A stretch of DNA of 63,776 bases, counting the filler. It is 7 parts of 7 records of this genome, joined end to end, with 100 filler letters (N's around TTAATTAATTAA, not from the genome) between each part and the next. Parts side by side here need not be neighbours in the genome. Positions count along the whole stretch, not along the records: positions 47,333 to 63,776 come from SRR31156797_70532; 6 more parts are not named here. One strand, written 5' to 3'. Shown one piece after another: positions 49,969 through 60,703 of the stretch (the stretch's first letter is position 1; every line of letters begins with the position of its first letter). The notes below the pieces were generated by a model that saw only the letters and a program-made list of their open reading frames with translations, was not told the origin of the DNA and did no database searches. A program made the position numbers and the translations under genes.

Positions 49969-51345
49969 ATGAACTCCATCAAAGGCTTCATTGTAGCAGG
50001 AACACATAGCGGTTGCGGTAAGACCTCGGTAACACTGGGGCTAATGGCTGCGCTCGCCCGTCGAGATATCAACGTTCAGCCCTTTAAAACAGGCCCGGAC
50101 TTCATTGATCCGGGGCACCATACCCGTGCTGCAGGACGAACCTGCCACAACCTTGACGGCTGGATGCTTTCCGGCAAGACCCTGCGCGATATTTTCTCCC
50201 GCTATACACAGGATGCCGACGCCTGCATTGTTGAAGGCGTCATGGGACTTTATGACGGCTATTCCGCGCTAGACGAAACAGGCTCCACCGCACATCTTTC
50301 CAAAGAACTGAACCTGCCGGTAATTCTGGTTGTGGATGCCGGGTCCATGGCCCGCTCCGCTGCCGCGCTGGTACAGGGATTCTGCAATTTCGACCCGGAA
50401 ACCCCCGTGGCCGGGGTGATATTCAACCGTGTGGGCAGCAGCAACCATGCCCAGATCCTGAGCGAAGCCATATCCTTAACTGATGTTCCGCTTATCGGCT
50501 GCCTACCCCGCCGGCAAGAAATAGCCACTCCCTCACGCCATCTGGGACTTGTAACCCCTGAACACCTTGAAGATCTGGAATTCAAGTACAACGCCCTTGC
50601 CGACTGGGTGGAAGAGAATCTCGATCTCGAACAAATTATCGAAGCCCTGCCGGACATTCCCGTGCAACCCCGCTTCGACGAAGTGCCCATGATCCCGCGT
50701 ACGAGGATCGGAATTGCGCAGGATAATGCCTTTTCATTCTACTACGAAGAAAACCTGCGTTTGCTACGTGAGGCGGGGGCGGAGCTGGTTCCCTTTTCTC
50801 CCATAGAAGACAAAGCCCTGCCCGAAGGAATTTCAGGACTTTATTTTGGTGGCGGGTACCCGGAACTTGCAGCCTTTGATCTGGCTCAAAACACCAAATT
50901 ACGCCGGAGTATCTCAGATTTCTCCGCAGCCGGACACCCTGTTTATGCAGAATGTGGAGGGTTCATGTATCTCATGGAATCCATCTGCAAGGATGACCGG
51001 GTTTTCCCCATGTGCGGGATATTCCCTTTCCGCAGTGCAATGCAATCCCGTTTTCAGTCCCTTGGATATCGGCAGGTAGAACTTACCCACGACTCGATCC
51101 TCGGTCCGGTGGGAACAATGGTCAGGGGGCATGAATTCCACTACTCCGCTTTGGAAGAGATGCCGGACAATCCACAGCAGTCCTATCAGGTGACCTGCAA
51201 GAAAAATATCTCTACAAGTGAAGGATTCATTGCCAACGGCAACACACTGGGCAGCTATATCCACCTCCATTTTGCCAGCAACCCGCAGGTAGCAACAAAT
51301 TTTGTAGAATCCTGCGCGGCTTCTTCCCGCGCGGAAGATCTTTAA
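49969..51345 (+). CDS. cbiA: cobyrinate a,c-diamide synthase
   Basis: SGCGKT, FKTGPDFIDP, EGVMGLYDG, SRHLGL, AECGG and GHEFHYS motifs. Confidence 0.95.
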   Translation: MNSIKGFIVAGTHSGCGKTSVTLGLMAALARRDINVQPFKTGPDFIDPGHHTRAAGRTCHNLDGWMLSGKTLRDIFSRYTQDADACIVEGVMGLYDGYSALDETGSTAHLSKELNLPVILVVDAGSMARSAAALVQGFCNFDPETPVAGVIFNRVGSSNHAQILSEAISLTDVPLIGCLPRRQEIATPSRHLGLVTPEHLEDLEFKYNALADWVEENLDLEQIIEALPDIPVQPRFDEVPMIPRTRIGIAQDNAFSFYYEENLRLLREAGAELVPFSPIEDKALPEGISGLYFGGGYPELAAFDLAQNTKLRRSISDFSAAGHPVYAECGGFMYLMESICKDDRVFPMCGIFPFRSAMQSRFQSLGYRQVELTHDSILGPVGTMVRGHEFHYSALEEMPDNPQQSYQVTCKKNISTSEGFIANGNTLGSYIHLHFASNPQVATNFVESCAASSRAEDL

Positions 51346-51378
51346 GCAACCTGCATTTACTCTAAAACGGGTAGCCCG

Positions 51379-52548
51379 ATGCAGAAATACATCATGCACA
51401 TAGACATGGACGCCTTTTTCGCGTCCGTGGAACAGCTGGATAATCCGGCACTACGCGGAAAACCTGTAGGGGTCGGTTCCCTGCATGAACGCTCCGTTTT
51501 AAGCGCCGCTTCCTACGAGGCTCGCAAATTCGGGGTCCGCTCGGCCATGCCCGTGCGTCAAGCCCTGAAACTATGTCCGCAACTACAGGTAGTTTCCGGC
51601 AGCAGACACCGCTACAAAGAAATATCACACAAAGTCATGGAAGTGCTCTCCAACTACTCTCCGGTGGTAGAGCAGGCCTCCATTGATGAAGCCTACATCG
51701 ACATCACCGGAACCGAAAAACTATTCGGCACTCCGCTGCAAATTGCTAAGTCCATTAAAGCCGACATCCACAATGCCACTGGGCTGACCGCATCGGTTGG
51801 TATTGCCCCGGTTAAATTTCTGGCCAAAATCGCCTCCGACCTCAATAAGCCGGATGGAATCTCTATTATCGAAGCGGATCAAGTACAGAATTTCCTAAAA
51901 AACCTGCCAGTGGAGAAAATCCCCGGCGTTGGGAAAAAGGCTCTGCCCCGCTTACGTTCCTATGGCATTAGCTATGCCGCAGATTTACGCCGCTATCCTC
52001 CGGAATTCTGGAAAGAAAGGTTTGGCGAACGGGGACTGGTGCTCTATGAAAAAGGTGCGGGCATTGACCCCACCCCGGTGACCAAAGGCGGCCCCATGAA
52101 ATCATCCAGCGCGGAAAACACCTTCGGTGAAGATGTTTCCGACATCCACACGCTGAAAACCCTGCTGCTCAAGCAATCCGAACGCATAGCCGCAGACATC
52201 AGACGGCACGGGGTAAAAGGGAGGACCGTAACCCTGAAGATCAAATTTCCCGACTTCCGTCAGATCACCCGCAGCCGAACTTTGAATTCCCGGACCTCCC
52301 ATGCCGGAACAATCTACAAAACCGCATGCTCGCTGCTCGATACGGAGTTGCCCATCGGCGCGATCCGTTTGATCGGCGTCGGCATTTCCAATTTCGAGGA
52401 ACGTAATAGGCAGCTTTCCCTGCTCGATGATCCTGAAAAGCCGAAAGAGAACAAAAAATTGGAACAGTTGGACAAGGCGGTAGATCAGGTCCGCCTCAAA
52501 TTCGGCAAGGATATCCTGACCCGTGGGAGGCTGCTTGAAGATAAGTAA
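51379..52548 (+). CDS. dinB: DNA polymerase IV
   Basis: HIDMDAFFASVE, SYEARKFG, SIDEAY and AKIASD-KPDG motifs. Confidence 0.96.
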   Translation: MQKYIMHIDMDAFFASVEQLDNPALRGKPVGVGSLHERSVLSAASYEARKFGVRSAMPVRQALKLCPQLQVVSGSRHRYKEISHKVMEVLSNYSPVVEQASIDEAYIDITGTEKLFGTPLQIAKSIKADIHNATGLTASVGIAPVKFLAKIASDLNKPDGISIIEADQVQNFLKNLPVEKIPGVGKKALPRLRSYGISYAADLRRYPPEFWKERFGERGLVLYEKGAGIDPTPVTKGGPMKSSSAENTFGEDVSDIHTLKTLLLKQSERIAADIRRHGVKGRTVTLKIKFPDFRQITRSRTLNSRTSHAGTIYKTACSLLDTELPIGAIRLIGVGISNFEERNRQLSLLDDPEKPKENKKLEQLDKAVDQVRLKFGKDILTRGRLLEDK

Positions 52549-53641
52549 AGATCAACTTCGTGAAGGATACACCACAGGATCATCAGCCACCGCAGCTGCC
52601 ATGGCAGCCATTCGGGTATTATTTGGCGGAAGCACCCCTCAAAAAATTGAAATCCCTCTTCCGGTCAAAGGCACCTTGAATATTCCTGTAGCCCGGGTGG
52701 GAAAAGAAGGAAATCGGGTACGCGGTGTCATCATCAAGGATGGCGGAGATGATCCGGACGCTACCCACGGCCATGAAATCCACGCGCTGGTGGATATAGA
52801 AGATGCAGACTCTTTGCTAGTTGAAGTGGACGGAGGCAAAGGTGTAGGCAGGGTAACCCTGCCGGGACTGCCTGTTCCCGTGGGCGAAGCGGCCATTAAT
52901 CCCGTACCCCGCAAACAAATCATTGCCGGAGCACTAAAAGAAGTCAGCGAGACAGCTCCGGATTTCAACGGGCTGCTCAAAATCAGCATCGAAGTTCCTC
53001 ACGGCGAAGAAATCGCCAAGGAAACCATGAACTCCCGGCTGGGAATTCTAGGCGGGGTTTCCATACTGGGAACTCAGGGAATTGTCCGACCTTACAGCCA
53101 CGCTTCGTGGAAGGCCTCAATCGCCCAATCGCTCAATGTAGCCCGGGCTGCGGGGATGAATGAGATTGTCTTCACCACCGGACGGCGCAGTGAACGTTTT
53201 TATCTGGAACAATTCCCTGAAACTCCACAAATCAGAATGGTGCAGGCTGCGGATTTCTTTAAATTTTCCATGCAACAGGCCAAATTGAAAGGAATGCGCA
53301 CGGTACGCTGGTCTATTTTCATCGGCAAACTGGTCAAACACGCCATGGGCTTTCCATACACCCACGCCAAGGACTGGGCCATCGACTTCAATCTGCTTGC
53401 TGACTGGTGCGCGGAACTGGGTATGGCTGAAACACTGACAAAAAAAATCCGGGCCGCAATAACGGCCCGGCATATATATGAAATGGTCCCCGAAGATTCA
53501 CGCACGGCTTTCATCAGCATGCTGGTCCGTATAGCACGCGAGAATGCCCGCGCTTTCAGCGGGAACTCGGAGGTAGCAGTCGAGTACTTCCTCTTTGATT
53601 TTGATGGACAAATGGTCTACGACCCCAACCATCAGAAATAA
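52535..53641 (+). CDS. cbiD: cobalt-precorrin-5B C1-methyltransferase
   Basis: LREGYTTGS, KDGGDDPDATHG and RLGILGGVSILGTQG motifs. TTG 52535 follows GGGAGG and overlaps the dinB end. Confidence 0.95.
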   Translation: MKISKDQLREGYTTGSSATAAAMAAIRVLFGGSTPQKIEIPLPVKGTLNIPVARVGKEGNRVRGVIIKDGGDDPDATHGHEIHALVDIEDADSLLVEVDGGKGVGRVTLPGLPVPVGEAAINPVPRKQIIAGALKEVSETAPDFNGLLKISIEVPHGEEIAKETMNSRLGILGGVSILGTQGIVRPYSHASWKASIAQSLNVARAAGMNEIVFTTGRRSERFYLEQFPETPQIRMVQAADFFKFSMQQAKLKGMRTVRWSIFIGKLVKHAMGFPYTHAKDWAIDFNLLADWCAELGMAETLTKKIRAAITARHIYEMVPEDSRTAFISMLVRIARENARAFSGNSEVAVEYFLFDFDGQMVYDPNHQK

Positions 53642-53904
53642 TCTTCTTCATCGTGGTCTCCAAGTGAATAAAGTACGTAAATACCGACAGCACCGGCCAG
53701 CAGGGACACCACATAAAAGGGTATACAGCGGTTCTCCGTACCGGCAGTGTAATCATGTACCTCGTACTCGATATGGATGTTGCCCATAATGTCATTTACA
53801 TCGGACATGGTTTTTCCGGCCAGCATGGGAGCAGTAAGGGAGAATCCGTAGAAAGCAGTAAGAATGGAGCCAATTAGAAGAGCTATGGCAATTAACTTTT
53901 TCAT
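53632..53904 (-). CDS. small hypothetical membrane protein
   Basis: GGAGGTGATGAGG RBS and two hydrophobic segments. Confidence 0.7.
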   Translation of the reverse strand: MKKLIAIALLIGSILTAFYGFSLTAPMLAGKTMSDVNDIMGNIHIEYEVHDYTAGTENRCIPFYVVSLLAGAVGIYVLYSLGDHDEEDYF

Positions 53905-54047
53905 ACCTCATCACCTCCGCAAAAAAGTATGGAAGAGGTCAATTCCACAATAACAGATTCTCTTTTTTTTGGTAACTAATATTGAAAAAAACTTTTATTC
54001 AGAAATCTTCCTTTAATATCCAGCCAATACATTGTATGAAACATAAC

Positions 54048-55271
54048 ATGAAACACCACCTGCAGATAATCGGATTGCATCCGGGCAGTTTGAAACCGAC
54101 AGCAGAAGCAGCAGAAACCATTTCCAAAGCCGATGTGCTCAGTGGCGGAAAACGATTGCTGGAAGCTTTTCCAGAATTCAAAGGCAAAACAATTCCTTTT
54201 GCCTCTCCAATAAATGAATATGCCGAGACAATTAAACAGCAGCTCGAAAATGGGAAGAGAACAGTCTTGCTGGCAGACGGAGACCCTTTACTTTTCGGCA
54301 TTGCCGCATCCCTGACCCCTCTGTTGGGTGATGAAAATGTAGTTATCAGCCCTGCCCCTTCTGCTGTTCAAATCGGGGCAGCGCGGCTGGCCCGCAGCTG
54401 GAAGGACTTTGAAATCATTTCCCTGCATGGCCGAAATGACTACGCTCCCCTCTTCGGAGCCATGCAACGCAAAAAAGATTGCGCCATCTACACAGACAAG
54501 ACCAACACCCCGCAAACCATTGCCCAGCGACTGGTTGAAAAGGGAGTGGATAATTATTCCATGGCCGTGCTGTCTCAGCTGGAAACCACTGATGAACTGA
54601 TCACCCAAGGCAAGCCGGAATCATTTCTCAACTTTACCTGCACAGACCTGAATATCGTCATCCTCACTGCGGAAAACAAGACATGCAGTACCCCGCTCTT
54701 CGGACGGGAGGACGATTCATTCACAAGGGAAAAAGGATTAATTACCAAACTCCCGGTCCGTTCCGCAGGGATAGCCCTGCTGGACCTTAGAGGAAAGCAG
54801 ACTGTCTGGGACCTCGGCGCGGGCTGCGGTTCAGTTGCCATTGAAGCCTCCTTCATCGGCATTGAATCACGTTTTTTCACCGTGGAAAAAAAACCTGAAC
54901 GTTTTGAAATGATCAAGGAAAACATTCGCAACTTTCGGGCCTGGACCGTAGAGCCTGTCTGCGGTGACATGCCGCAGACTCTGGGTGGTCTTCCCGACCC
55001 GGACCGGATTTTCATGGGCGGGGGCATCGGCCGCGACGACTCGGTCATCCGCGAAGCCGCTAAACGCTTAAAACCGGGCGGCAGACTGGTAGTCCACGCT
55101 ATTCTCATGGGCAGTATCCAACGCACCCGTGATCTTTTTGAAGAACTGGGCTGGAGCTGGCAGTCCATGCAAATTCAAGCTTCAACTTCTGAGAAACTGG
55201 CCGGGGATATCCGCTACAAAGCACACAACCCGGTAACCATACTCTGGGCAGACAAGCCCGAAGGACAATAA
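54048..55271 (+). CDS. cbiET: bifunctional precorrin-6Y/cobalt-precorrin-7 methyltransferase-decarboxylase CbiE/CbiT (CobL-like)
   Basis: LADGDPLLFGI, ISLHGR, GLITK-VR, WDLGAGCGSVAIE and PDRIFMGG motifs. Confidence 0.92.
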   Translation: MKHHLQIIGLHPGSLKPTAEAAETISKADVLSGGKRLLEAFPEFKGKTIPFASPINEYAETIKQQLENGKRTVLLADGDPLLFGIAASLTPLLGDENVVISPAPSAVQIGAARLARSWKDFEIISLHGRNDYAPLFGAMQRKKDCAIYTDKTNTPQTIAQRLVEKGVDNYSMAVLSQLETTDELITQGKPESFLNFTCTDLNIVILTAENKTCSTPLFGREDDSFTREKGLITKLPVRSAGIALLDLRGKQTVWDLGAGCGSVAIEASFIGIESRFFTVEKKPERFEMIKENIRNFRAWTVEPVCGDMPQTLGGLPDPDRIFMGGGIGRDDSVIREAAKRLKPGGRLVVHAILMGSIQRTRDLFEELGWSWQSMQIQASTSEKLAGDIRYKAHNPVTILWADKPEGQ

Positions 55272-56033
55272 ATGGGTAAAGTATATTTCATCGGCGCCGG
55301 TCCGGGAGACCCGGAACTAATCACCGTTAAAGGACAACGCATCATCCGCGAGGCCGGACTGGTTCTCTATGCCGGATCACTGGTGCCCGAGGCTGTAATT
55401 GCCGAAGCACGCGACGAAGCACGCATTGAAAACTCTGCCTCCATGTCTCTGGAAGAAACAGACAGGATCATGCAGGAACATGCATCCAAAGGTGAAATCG
55501 TGGCTCGAGTACATACGGGCGATCCCGCACTTTACGGGGCAGTGCAGGAGCAGGCCCGGCTGCTGCAAACGGCTGGCATCGAATATGAAGTCATTCCGGG
55601 TGTAACCTCAGCCTGTGCGGCAGCGGCGGCATCCAGTGCATCGTTCACTGTTCCCGGCGGAACCCAGACCCTGATCCTGACCCGCATGGCCGGACGGACC
55701 CCGGTACCGGAATCAGAATCCCTGCAAAAACTGGCCGGACACAACTCCGCCATGGCTATCTACCTTTCCGCAGGCAACCCTATGGGCATTCAGGAACAAC
55801 TCTTAGCCGGAGGTATGGAACCTTTCACCCCGGTCATCCTCGGCTACCGCATCGGCTGGCCGGAGGAGAAATCCGTTCCAACCACTCTGGAAAAGCTGGC
55901 AGAAACAGCAGAACAGAACAATTTCACCCGCCAGACCATTTTTCTGATCCTGCCCGGAAAAGACAATGACAGCGAATCCCTACTCTATGATTCCGGATTC
56001 AGCCACATGTTCCGCAAAGAAAAGGATACATAG
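55272..56033 (+). CDS. cbiF: precorrin-4 C11-methyltransferase
   Basis: GAGPGDPELIT, YAGSLV, RVHTGDPALYG and QTLILTR-GRTPVP motifs. Confidence 0.95.
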   Translation: MGKVYFIGAGPGDPELITVKGQRIIREAGLVLYAGSLVPEAVIAEARDEARIENSASMSLEETDRIMQEHASKGEIVARVHTGDPALYGAVQEQARLLQTAGIEYEVIPGVTSACAAAAASSASFTVPGGTQTLILTRMAGRTPVPESESLQKLAGHNSAMAIYLSAGNPMGIQEQLLAGGMEPFTPVILGYRIGWPEEKSVPTTLEKLAETAEQNNFTRQTIFLILPGKDNDSESLLYDSGFSHMFRKEKDT

Positions 56034-56109
56034 CAAGAAAAAATAGCACTCCTGTAGCGTTAATGGTAATATATTACTTTCTGAGATCACCAATACAGGA
56101 GTGCTCTTA

Positions 56110-57777
56110 ATGCCCTTACGCTTCTTACCTAAAACAATCAGCAGCAGAATCAAATGGTATTCTGTTCTCATGGTCGGAGTTCCCCTGATCTTCATGACTG
56201 TGATGCTTATCTTTTCCATCAAGTCTACCATATTCAAAACAACCAGGCAGGAACTGGAAGAACAGGTCACTTCGCACAAGATAGTCATTGAAGAATGGTT
56301 CAGGGAACGGCAAACAGATGTAAAATTTCTTGCCGAAAGCGAGGCTTTGCGCAGCGGAGAGTTCAAGCAGATCAGCCCTCTGCTAAAACTTTACGATGAC
56401 ACCCATGAAGACATCAACGGGGTTATCTGGAGCGGAGCTGACGGCATGGCCCGAAGACATTCAACGGACCTATCCACCCCCCCCATTAATATCAATGACC
56501 GCGAATATTTTATCCAAGGACGGGCCGGCAATCCCCATGTAAGCAAAGTTCTAATCGGTCGCGTTTCCGGTAAGCCCATAATTCTGTTTTCACATCCTGT
56601 GACTTTAAATGACGGTTCATTCGGTGGAATTGTCTTTCTGGCCGCACGGCTGACTGCCATAGACAAGCTTATGAAAAACCTTTGGTTCGGCACCAGCGGG
56701 GAAACATATATTATCAATCGCGAAGGCTACATGGTCACTGAATCCCGCTTCCTTGACCAACTCAAAGATGCTGGACGGATAAAAGAGACCGCCATCATGG
56801 AAATCAAGACCAATACCCAAAGTCTTGAAGCGGCATTGGTCGGAACCCAGCCCGAAGGTGTTTACCGCGACTACAGAGGAGCGGAAGTGCTTGGTGCCAG
56901 CCAATGGGTAAAAAACGGAAGCTGGCTCATTGTTTCAGAAGTCAATTACAATGAAGCCATGAAACCAATCTATTCTTTCCTGTGGATAGCCATTGGGGGG
57001 GCTTTCCTGACCTTGCTGATCATAACCCCCTTCTCCATTAAACTGATCCGCTCCATAAGCATCCCCCTGAAGCAACTAAGCTCAGTGGCACAGCAGATGA
57101 CTAAAGGAGAGTTTGATTGTGAGTGTGCTGATACGGGAGTGCTGCATCCGCCTGAAGAAGTAAAACAACTCATGGATGGATTCTGCGCCATGCAAGGAAA
57201 AGTGGACAGCACAGTACAGGCCCTGCAAAAATCAGCGGTAACCGACCAGCTGACCGGACTGCCCAACCGACGCTATCTGATGAAGGAAGGAGCAAGGCTG
57301 GTGGATATAGCCATTCGCGCAGGACAACCCTGCTCGCTGATGATCATGGATATTGACCATTTTAAAGTTATCAACGACACTTACGGTCACACAACAGGAG
57401 ATGTCGTACTCCAACAAATGGGCAAGGCATTTCAGGAGATTGTGCGTTCCTCCGATATTATTGCCCGTTACGGCGGGGAAGAATTCGTAGTTGTAGCGCC
57501 GGGGTCCGACATTAATTCCGGAAAAACCCTCGCCGAAAGATTACGTCAGGGCATAGAGGCCCGTATATTCAATAACGACGCCCAACCTCTAGCCTGCACC
57601 ATTTCCATCGGCGTGGCCCATTATGCCACAGACATCAAATTCGGGGCGGATGCATACGAGGACATGCTCGCCCGCGCTGACACAGCCCTTTACGACGCCA
57701 AAGATACCGGGCGTAATAAAGTAAGCATAGCCGAACCGCATAATAAACCAACAGACCCCCCTAAAGGAGATAATTAG
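56110..57777 (+). CDS. Cache-HAMP-GGDEF diguanylate cyclase
   Basis: Two TMs, DREYF Cache motif, DQLTGLPNRR and RSSD I-site with RYGGEEF. Confidence 0.93.
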   Translation: MPLRFLPKTISSRIKWYSVLMVGVPLIFMTVMLIFSIKSTIFKTTRQELEEQVTSHKIVIEEWFRERQTDVKFLAESEALRSGEFKQISPLLKLYDDTHEDINGVIWSGADGMARRHSTDLSTPPININDREYFIQGRAGNPHVSKVLIGRVSGKPIILFSHPVTLNDGSFGGIVFLAARLTAIDKLMKNLWFGTSGETYIINREGYMVTESRFLDQLKDAGRIKETAIMEIKTNTQSLEAALVGTQPEGVYRDYRGAEVLGASQWVKNGSWLIVSEVNYNEAMKPIYSFLWIAIGGAFLTLLIITPFSIKLIRSISIPLKQLSSVAQQMTKGEFDCECADTGVLHPPEEVKQLMDGFCAMQGKVDSTVQALQKSAVTDQLTGLPNRRYLMKEGARLVDIAIRAGQPCSLMIMDIDHFKVINDTYGHTTGDVVLQQMGKAFQEIVRSSDIIARYGGEEFVVVAPGSDINSGKTLAERLRQGIEARIFNNDAQPLACTISIGVAHYATDIKFGADAYEDMLARADTALYDAKDTGRNKVSIAEPHNKPTDPPKGDN

Positions 57778-58172
57778 TGGAAACTTTGCAGATCAGAACC
57801 AGCAGCCGAGAAGAAATGATCGACATAACCGAATCCGTGCGCAGACTGGTCAAAGACAACGGCTGGCAGTCCGGCGCATTGCTGCTCTACTGTCCACACA
57901 CCACCGGTGCAATTACCGTGAATGAAGGTGCCGACCCGGACGTGGTGCGCGACATAACCGTAAACATGCGCAAACTGGTACCCTACCGCGGAGATTACCA
58001 GCACATGGAAGGGAACTCCGATGCCCACATCAAAACCAGCATGTTCGGCCCGGACCAGATGCTGATCATCGAAGACGGGGATATCATGCTCGGCACATGG
58101 CAGCGTATATTTTTCTGTGAATTTGACGGGCCACGGAGCAGAAAGCTCTGGGCGCAGTTTATGGGCAGCTAA
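57777..58172 (+). CDS. yjbQ: YjbQ/UPF0047 family protein
   Basis: HTTGAITVNE, EGNSDAHIK and LGTWQ-EFDGPR motifs. Confidence 0.92.
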   Translation: METLQIRTSSREEMIDITESVRRLVKDNGWQSGALLLYCPHTTGAITVNEGADPDVVRDITVNMRKLVPYRGDYQHMEGNSDAHIKTSMFGPDQMLIIEDGDIMLGTWQRIFFCEFDGPRSRKLWAQFMGS

Positions 58173-58906
58173 CTAAGCGCCCGCCCCTTCAAGCTGGCAA
58201 AGGCCAGAATCACACCCAACACCCCGCCGAGTAATGCTGCAAAGATGATACGCGCATCCGGGGGAAGCATAAAGGTAAAGGTATGGGCAGGTATCCAGAA
58301 GATGGGTACGGTCTTTTTAAGTACAAAGCCCCACATGTTGTTCCAGTCGATGGCGGCAAAACGGGCCGCAACATCCACCGGAATAATCAAAGAGCGGATT
58401 TTTCCCTGATGGACCTGAATATGATCATCGTAAATTTTGTGCAGAATCATGAGCACCGGGGCGAACACGGTGTTGAGCATTACGCTGGTGGTGAAGGCGA
58501 TGAGCAACCGGGCAAAGAAGCCGTCTTCAGCACTGATATTTAATCCCAAAGAAGTCAGTACCGCCGGAGAACCTACAGCGAAGACCGTAAAGGTGGCTTT
58601 CAAAAACAAGCCGATGAATCCCCACATGACCGCCTTGGCGATGAGACCGAATCCGGGACGCCAGTAACGTCCGTCCACAATACGCAGAGCTACGCATTCC
58701 CCGAAAGTGGCTAGAATGGCGAATTTGAAAAAACTCAAAATATAGCCGTGTTCTTTGGTGTAGAGCTTGAAAGTCTCGATGGGATGCGGCTGGCTGGCGA
58801 TCCAGATGAGCAGCAGTGCAATGACGCCAAGGGTAGTGTAATCCGATCTTTTAATGTGAATTTTATTCATGGGGGGAGTTATCGCCTCAAATATGGTTCT
58901 TAGCAA
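58169..58906 (-). CDS. Mpv17/PMP22-like membrane protein
   Basis: KFAILATFGE and FWIPAHTFTF motifs in a multi-TM protein. Confidence 0.75.
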   Translation of the reverse strand: MLRTIFEAITPPMNKIHIKRSDYTTLGVIALLLIWIASQPHPIETFKLYTKEHGYILSFFKFAILATFGECVALRIVDGRYWRPGFGLIAKAVMWGFIGLFLKATFTVFAVGSPAVLTSLGLNISAEDGFFARLLIAFTTSVMLNTVFAPVLMILHKIYDDHIQVHQGKIRSLIIPVDVAARFAAIDWNNMWGFVLKKTVPIFWIPAHTFTFMLPPDARIIFAALLGGVLGVILAFASLKGRALS

Positions 58907-59819
58907 GGTTGATCTGCGACATATGGGTTGCGATTCCTTTTTCCTTAAAAATCCTGATCAACCTCATGGACACATCACTTTTCAAGCTCCATGCCTCTGC
59001 CGGGGAATCCGCCCATGCAGCAACCCAGCAGACAACACTTTCCTTATCCATACTTCTTATCCAGAATTGCGGAACATCCTGACCATTGTGATGTTCACTC
59101 TTGGAAGCCACATCAATGGCAATTTCTTTAATCTCATCAATATCGATTTCGTATGAGACTGAAAATTCTATGTAAGCCCAGAGCAAACTGTCATTAAGGG
59201 TCAGGTTATCAAACTCTTTGTTCAACATCCGGCTGTTGGGAATGATGTAACGTTTCCAATCCCATGTCTTGATCTTGGTATGGGTAATTGAGATGTCCTC
59301 GACAGTACCGTACTGCCCGTCCACCACCAGAGTATCACCGACCCGCAATTGCTTGGAAAACGAAATTACAATCCCTGAGATCATATTCTCCACCAGCGGG
59401 CGGGCGGCAATACCTACTACCGCAGTGGATACAGCAACAATGATGGAAATCATGGTACTGGGCAGCTTACCCACAAAAGGCAGCAACATAGCCAGCGCCC
59501 AGACCATCACCAGAAAAAGAATCAGTGTACGGCGAATAACCGTGAAGCGGGTCTTAACCCCTTTAACCATATCCCGGCGTTCCTGACGCTCTTCCTTGGC
59601 GCTCAAGACATCTGTGGGGATAGCCGCAGTGGTTTCAGGATCTTTCCTGATCAATTTTTCAATGCGCTCGACCCGACTTTTTCTGAAACTTGTAACGCGA
59701 TAACCAACCCAGATATATATGGTGATCGCAATTGCAGTTATGGAGGCAATGTATATGTAGGGATCAATGTCAGTAAACACGACCCATTCTGTAGTTACTA
59801 TATCAGGAAACGAAAACAT
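58887..59819 (-). CDS. MscS-family mechanosensitive channel
   Basis: GIAA-ENMISG, RVGD, GTVEDI and IPNS motifs. Confidence 0.9.
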   Translation of the reverse strand: MFSFPDIVTTEWVVFTDIDPYIYIASITAIAITIYIWVGYRVTSFRKSRVERIEKLIRKDPETTAAIPTDVLSAKEERQERRDMVKGVKTRFTVIRRTLILFLVMVWALAMLLPFVGKLPSTMISIIVAVSTAVVGIAARPLVENMISGIVISFSKQLRVGDTLVVDGQYGTVEDISITHTKIKTWDWKRYIIPNSRMLNKEFDNLTLNDSLLWAYIEFSVSYEIDIDEIKEIAIDVASKSEHHNGQDVPQFWIRSMDKESVVCWVAAWADSPAEAWSLKSDVSMRLIRIFKEKGIATHMSQINLAKNHI

Positions 59820-59876
59820 GTGAGACTCGACCTACATTTAAATTTATTAACATGTTCCGCCCGGCAATAATAACCA

Positions 59877-60137
59877 CTACATACCCACACATCTTATCAG
59901 AGGTCTGCGTTTGTCTCCCTCCGCAACAGAACAGGTACATATTTCCGGGCTGACTCGCCTTTTGGCACCATTTAAAACCATACGCAAGCAGAAACGTGAA
60001 CCATGTCCGCCGCTTCCAGCCATACAATTAAAAATTTCATCCCCGGCGCGGTCAATCGCCTCAGAAACAGTCAAACCCTGCCGCTGCAGACGCTGAGCCT
60101 TCTTCCTGAGCAGTTCTTCCAGCAATGCGGTGTTCAT
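59877..60137 (-). CDS. small Cys-containing hypothetical protein
   Basis: GGAGG RBS, 86 aa, five Cys. Confidence 0.6.
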   Translation of the reverse strand: MNTALLEELLRKKAQRLQRQGLTVSEAIDRAGDEIFNCMAGSGGHGSRFCLRMVLNGAKRRVSPEICTCSVAEGDKRRPLIRCVGM

Positions 60138-60391
60138 AGGCCACCTCCGAAGTCTTATCGAATCTGTTCATGTCCGTTAATGCCGGATTTCCGGCACATC
60201 CACTCCTGCTACAAGTTCTGATGCAATTTCCAATCCTTCGTTGCCGTCCGGCAATAAAGCATATACAATGAAAAGCAAAACAAGCGGTAATAATTGCGGA
60301 AGTCTCTTTTATTATAGCAGAACAAAACAGCCGAAGCGACATTTTTCCACTTTAAAATTATAAACCCGCTATACCCATGACGGAGCATTCC

Positions 60392-60697
60392 ATGAACAAC
60401 ACTGTGCAAAGCCGGATAGCCATAGGAAAAAGATTATTAAGAACCATTGTCTGTATCATAGCTTTTGAATTGGTCCGGGCATTAGCTTATACAATAATTT
60501 TCGTGCAATATGTTTTCCTGCTCATCACAGGCAACCATCTTACTCCGCTACGCGTATTCGCCAACAGACTGAGCAACTACGCATTTTCCCTGTTGAGATA
60601 CGCTACGTTAAACAGCAATGTAAGGCCGTTTCCTTTTTCTGATTTCCCTGCTGAATCCGAGCAAACACAGTCTCCGTCAGACATAAACTTTTCCTAA
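60392..60697 (+). CDS. DUF4389-like small membrane protein
   Basis: QYVFLLITG-LRVF-YATLN-RPFPFSDFP motif and GGAG RBS. Confidence 0.75.
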   Translation: MNNTVQSRIAIGKRLLRTIVCIIAFELVRALAYTIIFVQYVFLLITGNHLTPLRVFANRLSNYAFSLLRYATLNSNVRPFPFSDFPAESEQTQSPSDINFS

Positions 60698-60703
60698 ACC
60701 AAT

